A DNA stretch of 64,000 nucleotides, taken from Euprymna scolopes. Taxonomy: Eukaryota. This document shows positions 1 through 13,470 of this stretch, piece after piece; the first letter of the stretch is position 1, and every line of letters starts with the position of its first letter. Where the stretch lies: NCBI GenBank assembly GCA_053919585.1, contig CM132809.1; one strand, written 5' to 3'. The notes beneath the pieces were generated by a model. That model saw only the letters and a list, made by a program, of their open reading frames with translations, did no database searches and was not told the DNA's origin. The translations under genes were made by a program, and so were the position numbers.

Positions 1-1782
1 TCCATTTTGTGTAAAATGCATGCTCTCCTTTTGAATACTTGGTTTACATAAGCTTTGTGTTGTTCTTTACTAGCGCTTTTCATTAACACACCGTCATGTA
101 CCCTACAGCGAAATCTGTCCCATGTAACATAATGTCCATAATTTGCTGAAAAATCGAAGGGGCTACTTTGACCCAAAAGGAAAGTCTATTAAAATTGTAC
201 AATTCCTTATGGGTATTAATACATATCAGCTTTGAACACTCCTCATCGACTGAAACTTGTAAGTACGCCTCATTGAGGTTGATTTTAGAAAAATATTCCC
301 TCCACTCGATTTCGCAAATATCTCTTCAGGGCTCGGAGGAGGATAATGGTGAACTAGTAATGTCCTGTTTTAGCCTGTCGCGAAGTCCGCCCAAACGCAA
401 ATCTCCTTACTCTTCTTTATGATGTAAACTGTTGGTGCAGCCCACGACTGTGATACATTTTTCCGATGACACCCATATTTTCGAGTCTATTTAATTTACC
501 GTCTATATGTTCTTATAGCGGCGTATTGCACATTTATTTTCTTTCTGAACACTGGCTGTTCATTTACTTTTACGTCAAATTTTGCTACCGCTGTTGTACA
601 CCTTCTCAATCCGCCTGAAAATACGTCTTGGAACTGCTCGTTTAACTCCCTCTTGAGCTGTTCTGCCTCCACATTCGAATCCTTAACCTTTTGGCAAAAT
701 GAGGTTAAAGTCAAATCCAATAGTCTAAACTTTTCGCACAGATCAGTTTCAAAGAGGCTGTTTAATTTTCACATGACAAAAATGCTTGCTTTTTCTGCCC
801 TCTTCTGGAAAAAATATTCGTCAATATTTCTCCTTCGAAGGTAATTTTTCGCCACTGACACTTCACGCCGTTTATGTGATTTAATCATAATGGATCTCCC
901 AAGCCTCTTCGGTCCCTGTACATTAATAATAGAAATGTCAGACTCACTATCAAGCTGTAGCCTTACTTTCTTTTTAAACAGTTTGACCTGTACATATTTC
1001 CGGATATTTTTTCTCAGGTTCAATTTTTAATATGGCACACTTCTCTTTCCTCTATCTCACGACTGTCTTGTTTCAAGACAATAAACCGTTCACAGTCTTC
1101 CGCTAAGTTTTGTAGTTTAAATTCGGTTCGTTTTCGAGTTTATTTAAAACACGACCCCTGACTTCAGCGTTTTTATTTAAGACCACCCCTTGCACAAATA
1201 TTAAACATTTAAAATTATCTGATGATAATTCCTCCATTTTAAAATCGTCGCAATGCTTGTTTACTATACTTGCATAAGTAGTGTATGCAGTAGCGCCTTC
1301 CTCTCTTCTAGTAACATTCATATCGACTATGGAAAAGAGACGTTTTTGCAGAAAACATTTCTGTAAGTAACATAACTATTTCTTGGAAGCTCAAGTCACT
1401 GGTCTTTTTTGGGAGAATAAAATTCACGAACTTTGTATACTCGGTTGTTCCCAATCTCCTTATCAAAACCCCAACTTTTTTCGCGTCTTCTGAATTATGA
1501 TTGAAATTTTCAATAGCGGCAAGTTTGAGAAAATGCGTTATGATCATTGTCTGCTTTAGTTAACTGTGTCTCCTCAAGAATTTTTCTTTGTTCTTCCTGT
1601 GTTTTCATCAATATTTCCCCGAAAAGTTTCTGTTGTTCCAGCATTTTATCTTCAAATGCTTGTTTAAATTTCTCTTCTCTTTCTACTTGTTGTTGAATTT
1701 TCTGCTTTTGCAAAGCGAGATTTTGCTCTGCCTGGGATTGGGACAATTCCAACATTGCATCTTTGAATTTTGCATCCATCAC
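1..1782 (-). mobile_element. Ty3/Gypsy LTR retrotransposon internal region (K02A2.6-like gag-protease-RT), degraded, continues off the window edge
   Basis: Frameshifted minus-strand ORFs in order: gag (LIRRLGTTEYTKFVNFILPKK, FKCLIFVQG), aspartic protease (VRLQLDSESDISIIN), then RT (FQDVFSGGL..CT, WAAPTV, FSKINLNEAYLQV, KVAPSIFQQIMD). Confidence 0.88.
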
Positions 1783-2593
1783 ACGAATTCAGTTTACAAT
1801 GTACGCTTGTATTAAGAAAATATTCCTTAGTAAAAAAAAATAAATCAATCAAATTTTCTTTCTCAATACTTTTGTTTGAAAAACAGCAGTTTAGCAGTTC
1901 TTTTGTTACTTTATTTGTTGAACGCTATATTTCTAGTCTCACTATAAACAATCCACGGGAATAAGATGTTTATTATTTTTCCACGCGTTTTTACATATCA
2001 AAAATACAATCCGTCGCTTAAAATAACCGACGAATTCGTATGGGAAACTTTTAGTTTTTTTTTCTTGTTTTTTACCCTCTTTTCCTTTTGCAAAAAAAAA
2101 ATGACTTGATTCTTTACGTGTTTGCTAAGCACAAATGACGTACACGAATAATTATTATCCACGGCCTGTCCCTTTTCTCTTAACAAAGTCAATCGTGTTT
2201 TTTTTTCAAATCCCAGATATTATCGAAATAACGATAAGCTTACACGGTAGTTGGTTTTGGACATTTAACTTTGCATAAAAATATTCTTACCGTAGGAAAA
2301 ATGGATACTGCTGAAGAAATTATGAACCCTTTTTCCCTATCTAAAACACTTGGTAAGTGTGTTCACTTATTAAATAATTGACAACATTCGTGTTTTCGCT
2401 GTAGATTTCGGTAGCAAGTTTTTTCCCGTCTCCAAATAACTATTGTAGTAATTAATCTGCTGTTAATCCTTGCGTATACAAATATCTGTTGAAATGATAA
2501 AGGTGTTCTGCCGTAACGATTTTACGAATTTTTATTCCAATCACTTTTAGTGATTCTCTGCAGTGACGGTCGTTCGACTCCTTGTGACCAATC

Positions 2594-2811
2594 TGTTGTG
2601 TTGTGAAACAACAGTAAAAATAAGAACAATGCAGTCGAGGTTCGGTTAAGGAACAAGTGTATTAACAATAATGTACAAAGTGTATATCTACTGGACACTC
2701 GGCTAGCAGTTGAAGTGCAGTCGCATCTCTATCACCGTTGTTGGAATTACTAGCGCTATTTATACAGCTAATCGATGTAAATCCCCCTGTTCAAGGAAGG
2801 CTAGTATAACA
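2594..2811 (-). mobile_element. Putative 5' LTR of the Gypsy element with adjacent PBS-like sequence
   Basis: TG...CA termini (minus strand TGTTATA...CACAACA), internal TATAAA, followed by GAT-TGGTCACAAGG resembling a TGG-starting primer binding site; about 800 nt upstream of gag. The partner LTR is not in the window. Confidence 0.5.
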
Positions 2812-3804
2812 CGTAGCTATTCAGCAATTATTCTTTTTAAAATGCCCGAAATAGCCCCTTGTTTTATACAGGTAGGTAGAAGATTAACGAATCTTGTTGG
2901 TGGTTTTATGTATTTGTTATATATTTTATTTTGTCGTAAAATTACGGAGAACGCTTTGTTTTTCGGTTGTTTTAAAAATGGAACAGGAATTAAAAGTCCG
3001 TTCCTTTTTAATCGCTTCTAATTGCGCAGGCGTCCCTAATTCGAAGATAATTGATAAAATAATAAAACTTAAGCTATAAGCACAAGTAGCATATCTAAGA
3101 ATTTTTTTTTATATTTGAAACAAGAATACTTTAGTAGGAAGTTTCTCATTAAACATGGATTATTGCCTAAAACAGTCCTATGGAAGAAGTGCAAAATTCC
3201 GAAAACCGTGCTTAACATCGGGGAGGTTGTGTATGTCTATTCTGAAAGCAGTTCTTAATATTAGGTATTTATTGCTTGTAAGCATACCTGAAAACCTATA
3301 AAAGTCGCCATTTCCGAAGTGAACTGTGAGTTGTACTCATGTAAAATAAAAAACAAAATGTATACCAATTTTTGTTTGTTTAAAAATAAAATTATTTAGT
3401 TTTTCTTAAAGTAAGATTTTTGTATATCATTCTTTCGATTACTTTCGATTTTTAGGTCTCATGTTTAATTTTACAAAAAAGAAAAGAAATGTAAATTTCC
3501 GGTCCATTTTTAAAGCAACCGCTAAACAAAGCGTTCTTCACAAGTGCTACCGAATGTTTACCCTTTCTTTCGTTTGTTGGATTCTTTGCTAAATCGTCGG
3601 GAATAGTTGGCTTCTTTTGTAGATTGTAATTAGATGTAATTTAGTACGCTTTGTTTTGAGACCCGTAACCAGAGTCAATCTGCAAAAGTTAATGATGTCA
3701 GCAGGTTACATAGCTTTTTTTTCCTCGGCTTCCTTAATATATTTGGTAGTAAAATTATGCTGAGCAGAGACACACGTGTACGTAGATTACTGTTCTTTTA
3801 AGAG

Positions 3805-3806
<2 letters not shown>

Positions 3807-3878
<72 letters not shown>
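3807..3878. repeat. Compound (TA)n(GT)n microsatellite, one of many in the window
   Basis: Read directly. Other (TA)n tracts include about 4177-4203, 4318-4374, 22883-22924, 33233-33301, 35337-35367, 37909-37961, 38358-38430, 53579-53614 and 56570-56620. Confidence 0.95.
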
Positions 3879-3881
<3 letters not shown>

Positions 3882-4103
3882 AATGTATGTACGTAGCTAT
3901 TTGTTTACGTCCAAAAGAATACGAGCGATTTTTCGTAGGGAGAACTAATTTCCTGATCTCGTACATAGGAGACACTAATACCGAATATTTAATTATTGTT
4001 TAATAATCAACAGAAAAATCGAAAAAATAACAAATAATAGCAGCAAGCATTGTAATGCGATGGTGTAAGCACTCGCAGATATATCCTATGAGCTAGTAAA
4101 ATC

Positions 4104-4151
4104 ATGCTACTCTGATGAGCTGTAGAGCGACGAAACATGTGTGTGTAGCGT
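4104..4151 (+). ncRNA. Degenerate type I hammerhead-ribozyme-like motif
   Basis: atgctac-t-CTGATGA-gct gtag agc-gac-GAAA-catgt...gtagcgt. Intact CUGAUGA, 3-bp stem II and ACATGT palindrome, but extra bases before GAAA and an unclear cleavage triplet. Followed by AATAAA and (TA)n. Confidence 0.45.
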
Positions 4152-4171
4152 TTTCAAAGTAAAATAAAATA

Positions 4172-4203
<32 letters not shown>

Positions 4204-4230
4204 TTTATTTTACTTTTCGACGGTGATTCT

Positions 4231-4294
4231 TGGCCTGAAGACTTAATCCCCCAACGCGGGTGATTACAGAAACATGTATGCACATATGTAGCCA
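4231..4294 (+). ncRNA. Type I hammerhead ribozyme motif
   Basis: Stem I tggc/gcca; CTGAAGA 4235-4241; stem II taatc-ccc/ggg-t-gatta with closing pairs mismatched; GAAA 4269-4272; near-palindromic stem III catgtatgcacatatg; GTA triplet 4288-4290. Confidence 0.7.
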
Positions 4295-4312
4295 TTAATG
4301 TTTGTATAAATA

Positions 4313-4377
<65 letters not shown>

Positions 4378-5849
4378 CGACAGACTTGTAAAAGGCTAAT
4401 CTTTCGTACTGTCGTGATTGGTGCACACCCGTTGGCATTCAAACGATCAAGCGTTGTTTCCTTCCTGAGTCACGAATTTCTAACTTTCGAATGTTGGTAA
4501 TTCGTGAATAGGTTCGCTTAAAAATGTTCGCTTTTTATGTTTGATTAAGCGCCATTGCATAATTCTCCCTTCAACTATTTTTACTTTTTTATTTCGACTG
4601 AAAAAAGTGTGTCTTTCTTAATCGACCGAAATCTTAGCATTGCCGGAGGAACGATAGTGTGTGTTTTAATTGGTTGAAACGTATAAGTTATATTGCACTA
4701 AAAATAATAAAAAATAACAAAAAATAAATTAAAGCACGGGATCTGCGAAAGTTAACACATTCATCACCATTCATATTTTTAAAACTTTACGTATTTATGA
4801 CCCTTCTGTTTGCTATTCGGAGATATACGCACTGGCTGTTCCTCAATAATATTTTTCTTTATTTATGTTGTTTTTCCTTTACATATGTAATCCAATGGAA
4901 ATTGAATTTTGACAATAATTGTTTATTACAAATATTAACCCCCTTATTAAAATTAATTATATCCTTATATTTTTATAAATCTACAACAATAATGATTAGG
5001 CAACTATTGATTTTATATCTAGTCATTGTTTTAGTTAATATATAATTATGAATATGTTTATGTCTGAGTAAAAGTTAGGATTGCAATGCTAGTAATTAAT
5101 TGCACTAAGTTTAATAACTGTAAAGTTTATTCAATATTGTAAGGGTGCCTTAGTTACACATGGACTGCTTTCTTATTTATTTAAAAGAAACAATCACACA
5201 TTTTGTAATAAAATACACTTTGTATATTTATTTAATACTTTCATCCTATACCCTAATGAATGTTTATATTTCAGTAAAAATCGCTTGGTAGTATATACCG
5301 GGTATAAGTATAGACAACAATTACAAATTGGCACACATAAGAATACATCTTATAAACCATTATAGCAAACAATTAAATAACTGATTCATAGTAATTAGCA
5401 TTAAAAATACTGGGATTGTTTGGGCTTTCCAGATAATGTATCGTTATTCTAAGGAATCAAACTAGACATCATAAAATGTGTTATTTTGTATTTGTTGGAA
5501 AATTGGGCTTGGTTAATGAACACAGATAATGAGCAGATAATAACACTACATATTGTGAAAGGTATCTACTATTCTCAAACTATTATTACTGTTATTAGCA
5601 GTTTGCATCTCGATTCGTATGAGTTTTTAAATGGTATTATAATTTACTGGGTTTACATAAAGAACCTCGCATGCCAGTCGTTGTTAAAATAAGAACCATA
5701 ACTATTTAGTGTGTATCCATTTTTTCCATACCTAATTGTATTTATCCATCTCTAGTCTCTACTCACTATTTTCATATCGGTACAAATAGTTTTTAATTTC
5801 CGTTATTGTATAGCGTTATAATCTACTGATTGCTATATTCTATATTATA

Positions 5850-6900
5850 TTTATTCGCCGTTGGCGTATTTTGAAGCTCGTAACTTTGATGACACAGATG
5901 TTTGGAGCAATTGTTTAATATTAACCGAGTACAGTGGCTACTAGCGCATCGTGTGAAAATCTGTTGAGTTTAGGTCAGCTAGTGTACGTGGGGTGTAACT
6001 CGTTCTCTTATGCACCAATCCATTTCTCTTAATGTGTATTGCTGTTGCCACATATTGCTTTGACTGATGCTATGAGCAACTTATGAATCTGTTATTCAAT
6101 AATATGAATAACGGATTCATAAGTTGCTCATAGCATCAGTCAAAAGCAATATGTGGCAACAGCAATAGTGAGAGCTGAAGTGTAGATACTGTATATTATA
6201 CGCTAGTTTTCTATATACAGTTGGCATAAACCTCTTACCAGTATCGGTTCTCAGCATAAGGAGTAACGATATTTGGTTATTATGTTTGCATTCCGTTTTG
6301 AATTATAGAGTAAGAGCGGAGAGAGTTCACATAGATAAGAACATTTTAATATATATTTTTGTGTAATATTGTCATATGGAAACCACATTGCTTTTAAAAG
6401 TATTGTTGAACCCAGCGTCTTTTTCTATCATATTATACATTGGCTAGAACTGGAAAGCCAACTATAGCGTAAAACTCTATACGTGACTAGTATATATTAG
6501 AGCGGGGGCTCTTATAAATATAGGTCGATTTTCTCCATGCAATTTAAAACATATAGCAAAGCAGGGTGTATATTTTCAATCGTAAATATTAATATAATGA
6601 TTATTGATTGTGCAACTTTAACTCGAACTAAGTTGAATCATCATTTGTCAGAATATTCTAGTGTGAACTAATTAAGACCGCAAGAATATTTGTTTATGCT
6701 GATATTTTGAATCCATAGAATAAAACTAACTCTTCATGCGTGACTTGTCAAATGCGTTTTCGCGCTAGTATTACAGAATAAGGAGAAATACGCTATTTTA
6801 TCTTAGGCTTGCTGACGAATAACAGTCAGTGTTAAAGAATAAACGGGTCTTTTGTTAAACCAACCTTATAATGCATCTGAGTATGAAATGTTACCGACGT
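5850..6900 (-). mobile_element. Penelope-like element remnant (RT plus GIY-YIG endonuclease), heavily degraded and internally deleted
   Basis: Minus-strand peptide relics read across frameshifts: (H)KVGL..RPV, SMD...TNI, PVLANV, WF.YDNI (YVDD-like), then KQYVAT...HKR...TLAD (GIY-YIG-like). Boundaries approximate. Confidence 0.55.
6037..6167. repeat. Near-perfect inverted repeat (62/63-nt arms, 6-nt loop)
   Basis: Arms 6037-6098 and 6105-6167 differ only by one G-T pair and a 1-nt bulge. Confidence 0.95.
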
Positions 6901-9888
6901 CAATTGAATTACAAAGAGAGGCTGTAATATTTCAGAAAATTAAAAAGAGAGTATGCAGAAATCCCTATGTGCCTAATTGATTGAAACCCTATATCTCTGA
7001 TTCGATCCTCATAGGGTTCAATAAAAAGTCTACTGCGCTTGGGAATAGCATGAAACTAGAATGACTTAACTGCTATGAATACAAAAGCAAATTCTCTCCT
7101 AGAATGTAGAGCTTTTAGCATTACATTATCCTACCATTATACATATCACGTTAAAGTATCACATCATATTAAGTAACACAGAGAAAAATGAACGTCTATA
7201 AATGTAAATTAAGGTTCTTTAATATTAGTCAAATGTTTTTGTAATGCAACGCATTAGACAGCTTAGAGCGGGAGTTTTCCCAGGTGTGTAGTGGACCATA
7301 TTTTTCACTTTTTAACTAGCTTTACAGAGGAACAAAGTATAAAACGACAGTTACACGTTTGTTACATCAAGGGATAACATGATGTTGGCTGTTTTCGCGG
7401 ATTTTCTATCGAGTTCTCGGAGTTATTTCTTTGGATTTTTTTTACATTTTCAATTTAAAAAAGAACATTTCATATAACTCGAACGTCTGACAGATTAAAA
7501 TACATCCACGTCAAACGACGTCGCACTGTCAACTGAATCACGGTTATTCCTTTCGTGTCGAAACGAGAAAGATATAAATCATGAATTTTCTAAAAGTATA
7601 CACAATTTTTGTAATGGATTACATTTTTTTCTGCTGTATACGGAATTTCAGTTTGAGTAAAAGAAAAAATACGAAATGATCTAATCTAATGACGTAGAAA
7701 TGATGTAATGAATAGAAAAGGGACGGGGGCGAAAATGCAACGGAAGAAACTACAGTTTACGCTGCCGTCTTTGGTTCTGGACAATGATAGAATTAACGAA
7801 CATATAACGCTAAATATAATGGCACTTATTGATTGAAATGCGACAGTTTTCTTTAAAGATGACAAAAAGATTATCATCAAAGTTTGCATTCACGATGTTC
7901 CTAAACACATTACATAAAGTGACATACACAAAAATCGGTATATGTTGAACTCTCAAATAGACGTCATTTCTTGCTGAAATATTTCAGTACATCAATTTGA
8001 TTTTAAAAAATGTTTGCATTATGGTCGAGTGTAGAAAATGTAAATACGGATTCGCTTGGCGTGTTTTCCGTGCGTACGAAAGCATACGGCCTTATCTCTA
8101 GGTTTCTTTGTAACGCAGTGAACACCCGCTAATTTAAATATCTCCCGTGTTCAATAACAAATTAAACTTATATGTGTTTACAAATCAGGTTTATTTTGAC
8201 ATCCAGGTTATGGTTATGGAGAAATATATTGAGTTTGGCTGGGGCGGCGATATTCCGCGTCTGGTCTGCGGTAAGCTCGTCTCTTCCATTTGATCGATTT
8301 ACCAGAACATCAGTGTTTTTAATTTTTTATTTTATTATTAAATCGAATCTCTCGGCGTTTTCTTTGTCTTGTATTGACATCGACCTCCGGTCAATTTTTA
8401 GAATAGGTTTACATCGCTGTTCTGTTTATATCATAGGGAATTTGGTGTTGTACAAGATCATCCAATTAACACCCCAGCACGATCCAGCCATATTCAAATA
8501 ATATAAAATAACTCTCGTAACATAATTAGCTATAAAATCCTCTCTAAAATCTTCCAACTAACAATCCTCGCTAAAAGCTTGATTCGAAGAAATTTTATGG
8601 CTTAGTTATAATCGCATCATTCATTGTGACGCAGGGACGTATACTGTTTACTGGTGTTCACACTGCGGGAAATAACAAACCTATATTTAGCATCAAATAT
8701 TTCAAACAATAACTCGTTTGATCATAGGATTATTGGGAAGGTGGATTTTTTTCTGTAATTCAAGTGTATAAATGTTCATCTAGGCTTCAAATGTTTCGGC
8801 TGACCAGGATTTTTATTTTATTGAGAGATTCAACGCAAAATAACCGAGCTTGGGTTTTACACTACATTCGTGGGAGAAGGAAATGGTAATTGTTTGTTTT
8901 AATTATTAAAATGAGGAAATGATGTATCAGCTTATAGCTTATCGTTTTTTCTTTTAACATTTCAAAAAGAAATCATTAAGTTATAGATTTGAATGCGCAC
9001 AACCATTAAAAAACAAAAAAATTGCGGAATGACTCGGAAGCAAAACACGCAAAGTTCTGTCAGTGTCAGGATGAAAACTACTACCGCTGCTACTTCTGCT
9101 GCTGCTGCTGAGCATGATGCCGATGGTACGGTGGTAAGAGTAGTAATAGTACTGTTGGCGATACAGTAACAGGAAAAACAGCATTAACAGTGACATTAAA
9201 GACCATTTTTTGCATATGTTTGTTTTTTGTAATAGGCACCTTTCAAACTTGTATAAATAGTTTATTTTTTAATAAAACTGTTTCTTTTACTAAAACCTTT
9301 TGGCGATTGATTATTGGCATGTTAAATTTACTTTTGTTACTATTGTCGAAAATGCTCAGGTAAACCACGTATAAAACTTACACGGGACAGGGGACCACCT
9401 ATGAATTTACTTTTCCCTTGATTATGACGATGATGCCCCTGATATTGAAAACGATAATGGTGACGAGTGTGATGATAATGATGATGTCGACGATGACGAC
9501 GATGTTAGTTATGTACCGATAGTAATAATAGTAGTAACATCAGCATTAAAATTATTTTAAATATTTCCGATATAAATATCCGGTTAATATCTAAATTCTA
9601 TTTTTTTTCTAATAACGAATGTAAAGCAATATTATATTTCTTGATTGTCACGACAAAGTTGGAAAAAGTTGTCTCGCAAATCTTATTTGGCAAATCATGG
9701 AAAACTTTTTCAGCGATTGGGGACCGCCTGTGAATTTTACATTTCTTGACACTTGCTCTTTCGAAGGAAGCCAGTTAAACGCGCAGGAATTGTCTATATG
9801 ACATATAGTTTTAGTGTAATGTTCAGAAATCGGTTGAATGACGATTATTGATAGAATAAAGGATGAAATTTGGAGGTACTGTTCTCAC

Positions 9889-9933
9889 CTGGAGTAAATG
9901 TATTTGGTTTGTTTCTAACTTTTCGAGTCACCT
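9889..9933 (-). CDS. Candidate 45-nt exon of an unidentified host gene (VTRKVRNKPNTFTP)
   Basis: ttctttttgcag acceptor, CAG|gtgaga donor, phase 1-1 open frame. Confidence 0.25.
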
Positions 9934-10306
9934 CTGCAAAAAGAACCTAAGCACCTTCCCGGGATTCTGAAAAAAATGCTTCTGTTCCAACAGATTATCC
10001 TCGCAAAGAAGAATACCCCCGTTTTTGAGATATTAAGCATTATACACCTTAAATAAAGCCCAGAGTCAAGACTCATTTGTATCTATTTACGTTGTCTATA
10101 CCGCATGTTAATTAAGATGTAATGTGTGTTATATTTTTTTTTTTAGTAATTTTTGTTTCTAAAACAATGACCTGTATTTGTAAATTGGATTTTAAATATT
10201 TTGTCGATAAAGACAAATAATTTTTCCCCTGGCACTCCTGTCGTAAAACACCTCTTTTTTTGAAGGACTCGTTTATATGAAGGTAAATTTAAGGTAAATA
10301 ACTTAC

Positions 10307-10400
10307 GTTCAGATTTTGTGAAAATGATGTTAACTGCGTCACAGCATGACGTTTGCAATTGATCGAAACGGAAACGAAATGAATCCGCTGACATCGATAG
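10307..10400 (-). CDS. Candidate 94-nt exon (LSMSADSFRFRFDQLQTSCCDAVNIIFTKSE)
   Basis: NAGNAG acceptor tttacagtag, gtaagt donor; phase 0-1, compatible with both neighbouring candidates. Confidence 0.3.
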
Positions 10401-10873
10401 CTACTGTAAATGAACTCCTTCTTTTGTGTTTACTAAATGTGGATTTTAAAATAGAAGTTCATGACAAATAAGTCAAGAGCCTATTGGGTTTCATAAGAAA
10501 TAAATTAGAGAGGGTCCATTTATTATTTTAACAGCTAATGAGTTCAAGAGATATGAGTAATTCCATATACTACCACCACGAACGAATTATATCAAAATAA
10601 ACGAAAACTCTAAAACATTTACTGTGGTCTAATATTGGGCAGTCACTGGAGAAAATATTTATTGAGTGAGCATATCGTCTAATAGGATAGATTATGAATC
10701 GTTTACAATAATAAATAGGAAATAATGTAGCAATTTGTGATTGCAGTTGAAAGAGATGATTATAACTTGAAAATATGCATCGAAAACTTGTATGTTTTCG
10801 ATTAATAAGTGAACGTAGGGTTTGTAAGTTTGAAAAGGTGAAATGTAATCCTATTTCTCTCTCACTCTCTCTG

Positions 10874-10912
<39 letters not shown>

Positions 10913-11159
10913 ATGTGTGTGTGCTTAAGAATAGTGTAATGCAATAGATCTGATATGGAAATCCAGTGATTATTGGTCTTACAAAATACTATTGGCTGTA
11001 ATAGTTTATAAAGACACTCCCGGATAAATAAAAAAAGGCTCAACATTCCAGATAGAGCAAATAAATCATAAATTAGTAAATAAAATGCTATTACATGAAA
11101 CGGTGTTTTATTATATAAAAGACAACGAATACAATTCAAGACGTATATCTCCTTTACCT

Positions 11160-11750
11160 ATGCGCTTTCGATGTCTACCCATCTCTTCAGAGGAGAAAAT
11201 GTTAGCACATATTATAATGGTGTATACCTAATTTACTAAATACAATAAACATAGGAAAGCATAAATAAAAGTTTTTTTAAAACATAGAGTAAGGGAAATT
11301 ATATATTTATTCAAAATGAAAAGGATATCGAATTTCGCATCCAAATTATATGGTAAAATCTGAAGTGACAGTTTTTTGTAGCAGTGAGGTAAAGGAGTCC
11401 AGCCCGTATTTTGAATCTTCACCAGGGCATTCAGCATAATTTCTTGGTTTCTCATGACTGCTCCAACTGTACTTGCCATCAGATTTTGTTATGAAGTTAG
11501 TTTCTGTGCACCTTTCCAGCTTCATGTCTTGCTATTATTTATGCGTATACCAACTTTTTTTTACTATTTTATAACTATAATGAAAGAGTAATCATGTGCA
11601 GTTTCTGAGAGCTATTATAAACTGGTCTGAAAAAGTCGGAACGATGGGCTGCCTTCTGTTTTTTTTTAAATAGTGTAGCAAGATTAAATAACTGCTTTAG
11701 ACTAAAATTTTAGATTGGTTGAAATATGCTAACAAGATGAACTGGCTGAA
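11160..11750 (-). mobile_element. Possible piggyBac transposase relic
   Basis: Relics across frameshifts in piggyBac order: RNCT.DYSF (RNITTDNFF-like), VGAVMRNQEI (VGTVRRNRKEI-like), HYN...GVDI-like. Confidence 0.3.
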
Positions 11751-13294
11751 GAAGGACAAAAGGTGAGAAAAAGCACGTAGCGGAGAAAGAGAGTTATTAA
11801 ACAACTTCGTGACAGGAAAGTATTGCAATGCTAGTGCCGTTGCTGCAGCAATGTTTTAAGCTTTTATTTCAACTGAGTCAAAATTCTCGTTCTTATTACG
11901 TTGCGAGATTTCGTACACGACGCCGAGATTTCAATTCATAAAAAAGTTATTACTTTCGATTTTTACCATCGATCTACTCGCTGCATATACTGATAATGCA
12001 TTGAATTTGAGGTTAATGTTGCAATAACACATGACGAAGTACACTAAATCAATTTGATGTTAAAACATTTGTAGATAATCTGTAAACCATAAATTCAAAA
12101 TGAGTCGCTCGTGCAGATATATTTTGCCCACTTAAAACTTTATACAATCGTTTTTAATTTCAAGAACTGTCAAATAAAGATCAGTTAAGTACGTGAATAT
12201 AATTAAATGTATCAATTGAGATATGTTCGTTTAGCTTTAATAAATTGGTGTTCCTACTTGTACTAAAGTGCATATAATTTATCAATGATTCTACCGTGTT
12301 GGCTTTTTGTGGTTACTATATCTTTGGAGATTTGTCTTAAAGTATTTCTTTTAAGGTGAATTTGAATGGGCTTTATTATAATTCGAATTATACTAATTGA
12401 AAATACAGCGAAAAACCAGGTGGATTTGATTTCAGAAAAATAGATAGGACACGCGTAGTGAATCACTATATTTGCAGGTCTTTATTTATTAGATGTATAA
12501 CAAGCGAAGAGTGTCGAGAAACCATGGATCCATAAATAGATCTGAATACTTACCTCCATAATAGATGTGTGATTGGAATTAAATGTTATATACCCCAAGT
12601 AGAAACATTTAATTAGAATATTTTAAATAGCATATAGTTAACTTAGATTTAGAAAATCTGTTAGGACTGTTAAATCGAATCGAGAAGTGCTTGATGAAGA
12701 ATGCATTATTTCGTTGTGCCATTATTTATCTTGCATTTCAATTATACATTATAACGTTGAATCAGTTTAAAATTGTCAGTAAAGTATGTTTAATCTGTTT
12801 AAATAAGCATTAAAGTATGTATTATAACTTTTGATCAGTTTAAAATTGGCATTAAAACGTAAACATATTTAGTAGTGATATTATCATCCAAAGAAATAAA
12901 AAATAATATATTTTCTGAAAACGCATTTACAAGTGTAAATATTTCAATAAATATAATCCAAAGTCTCCGTTTTGGATTGCGCCCAAATCAAGAAAATTCG
13001 ATAATTTTTATGATTTATGTTGAAAAAAACTTTATTGTAAAATGAATAAATCATTTATGCACCATCAACATCGTTATCAGACAAATATGACGTTGCGAGC
13101 CTGTCTTTACTCTATCCTTATTTTGACGGTTAGTGATCGGCTGAGCTCCAATCTCTAGTAGACCCTTGAAAACGTTTCACGACAAACAGTCGTTTAGTTG
13201 AAACCACTATTAATAATTTACCCCACTCTTTATCTTACTTGAACATAAACGTTGATTCTACGATTTCTATAGGTTTCTTTTTTAAAAGTCCATT

Positions 13295-13470
13295 CTTTCA
13301 GCTGACTTAACTATGGTCGTCTTCAAGTCCAACATAAACAAGTTTTTAATGAGCCCTCTTCTTAAGTAATCCTATTTACCAAATTTCCTCTACTTACGAT
13401 TAGTACGATATTGTCCTATTGACCATCGTACACACACTAACCCTTACCCTCGAGTGGCAGACCATTTTAG
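13295..13470 (+). mobile_element. CR1 LINE 3'-end fragment
   Basis: Encodes SAD..MVVFKSNINKFLMS, matching the C-terminus of the 59381-60016 ORF. The 3' UTR (aacccttaccctcgagtgg) matches that copy's 3' UTR. Confidence 0.8.

Noticed and set aside
2296-2352. Plus-strand exon-like segment (MDTAEEIMNPFSLSKTL, ttaccgtag / gtaagt)
   Set aside because: Overlaps an equally plausible minus-strand candidate (2291-2340) and lies in the putative Gypsy leader; no partner exons found, so unresolved.
3135-3205. RKFLIKHGLLPKTVLWKKC resembling a Merlin transposase N-terminus
   Set aside because: Too short; no DDE region or TIRs identified.
3776-4003. ORFs with YIYIYI / VCVCVC / HTHTHT runs (also 10570-11139, 35945-36238, 36706-37017, 53555-53791)
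   Set aside because: Stop-free only because they cross dinucleotide microsatellites.
8040-8500. GC-richer stretch with a 109-aa ORF
   Set aside because: No recognisable motif on either strand; possibly an unclassified repeat.
12554-12660. Strong minus-strand donor GAG|gtaagt
   Set aside because: All frames hit a stop before a usable acceptor.
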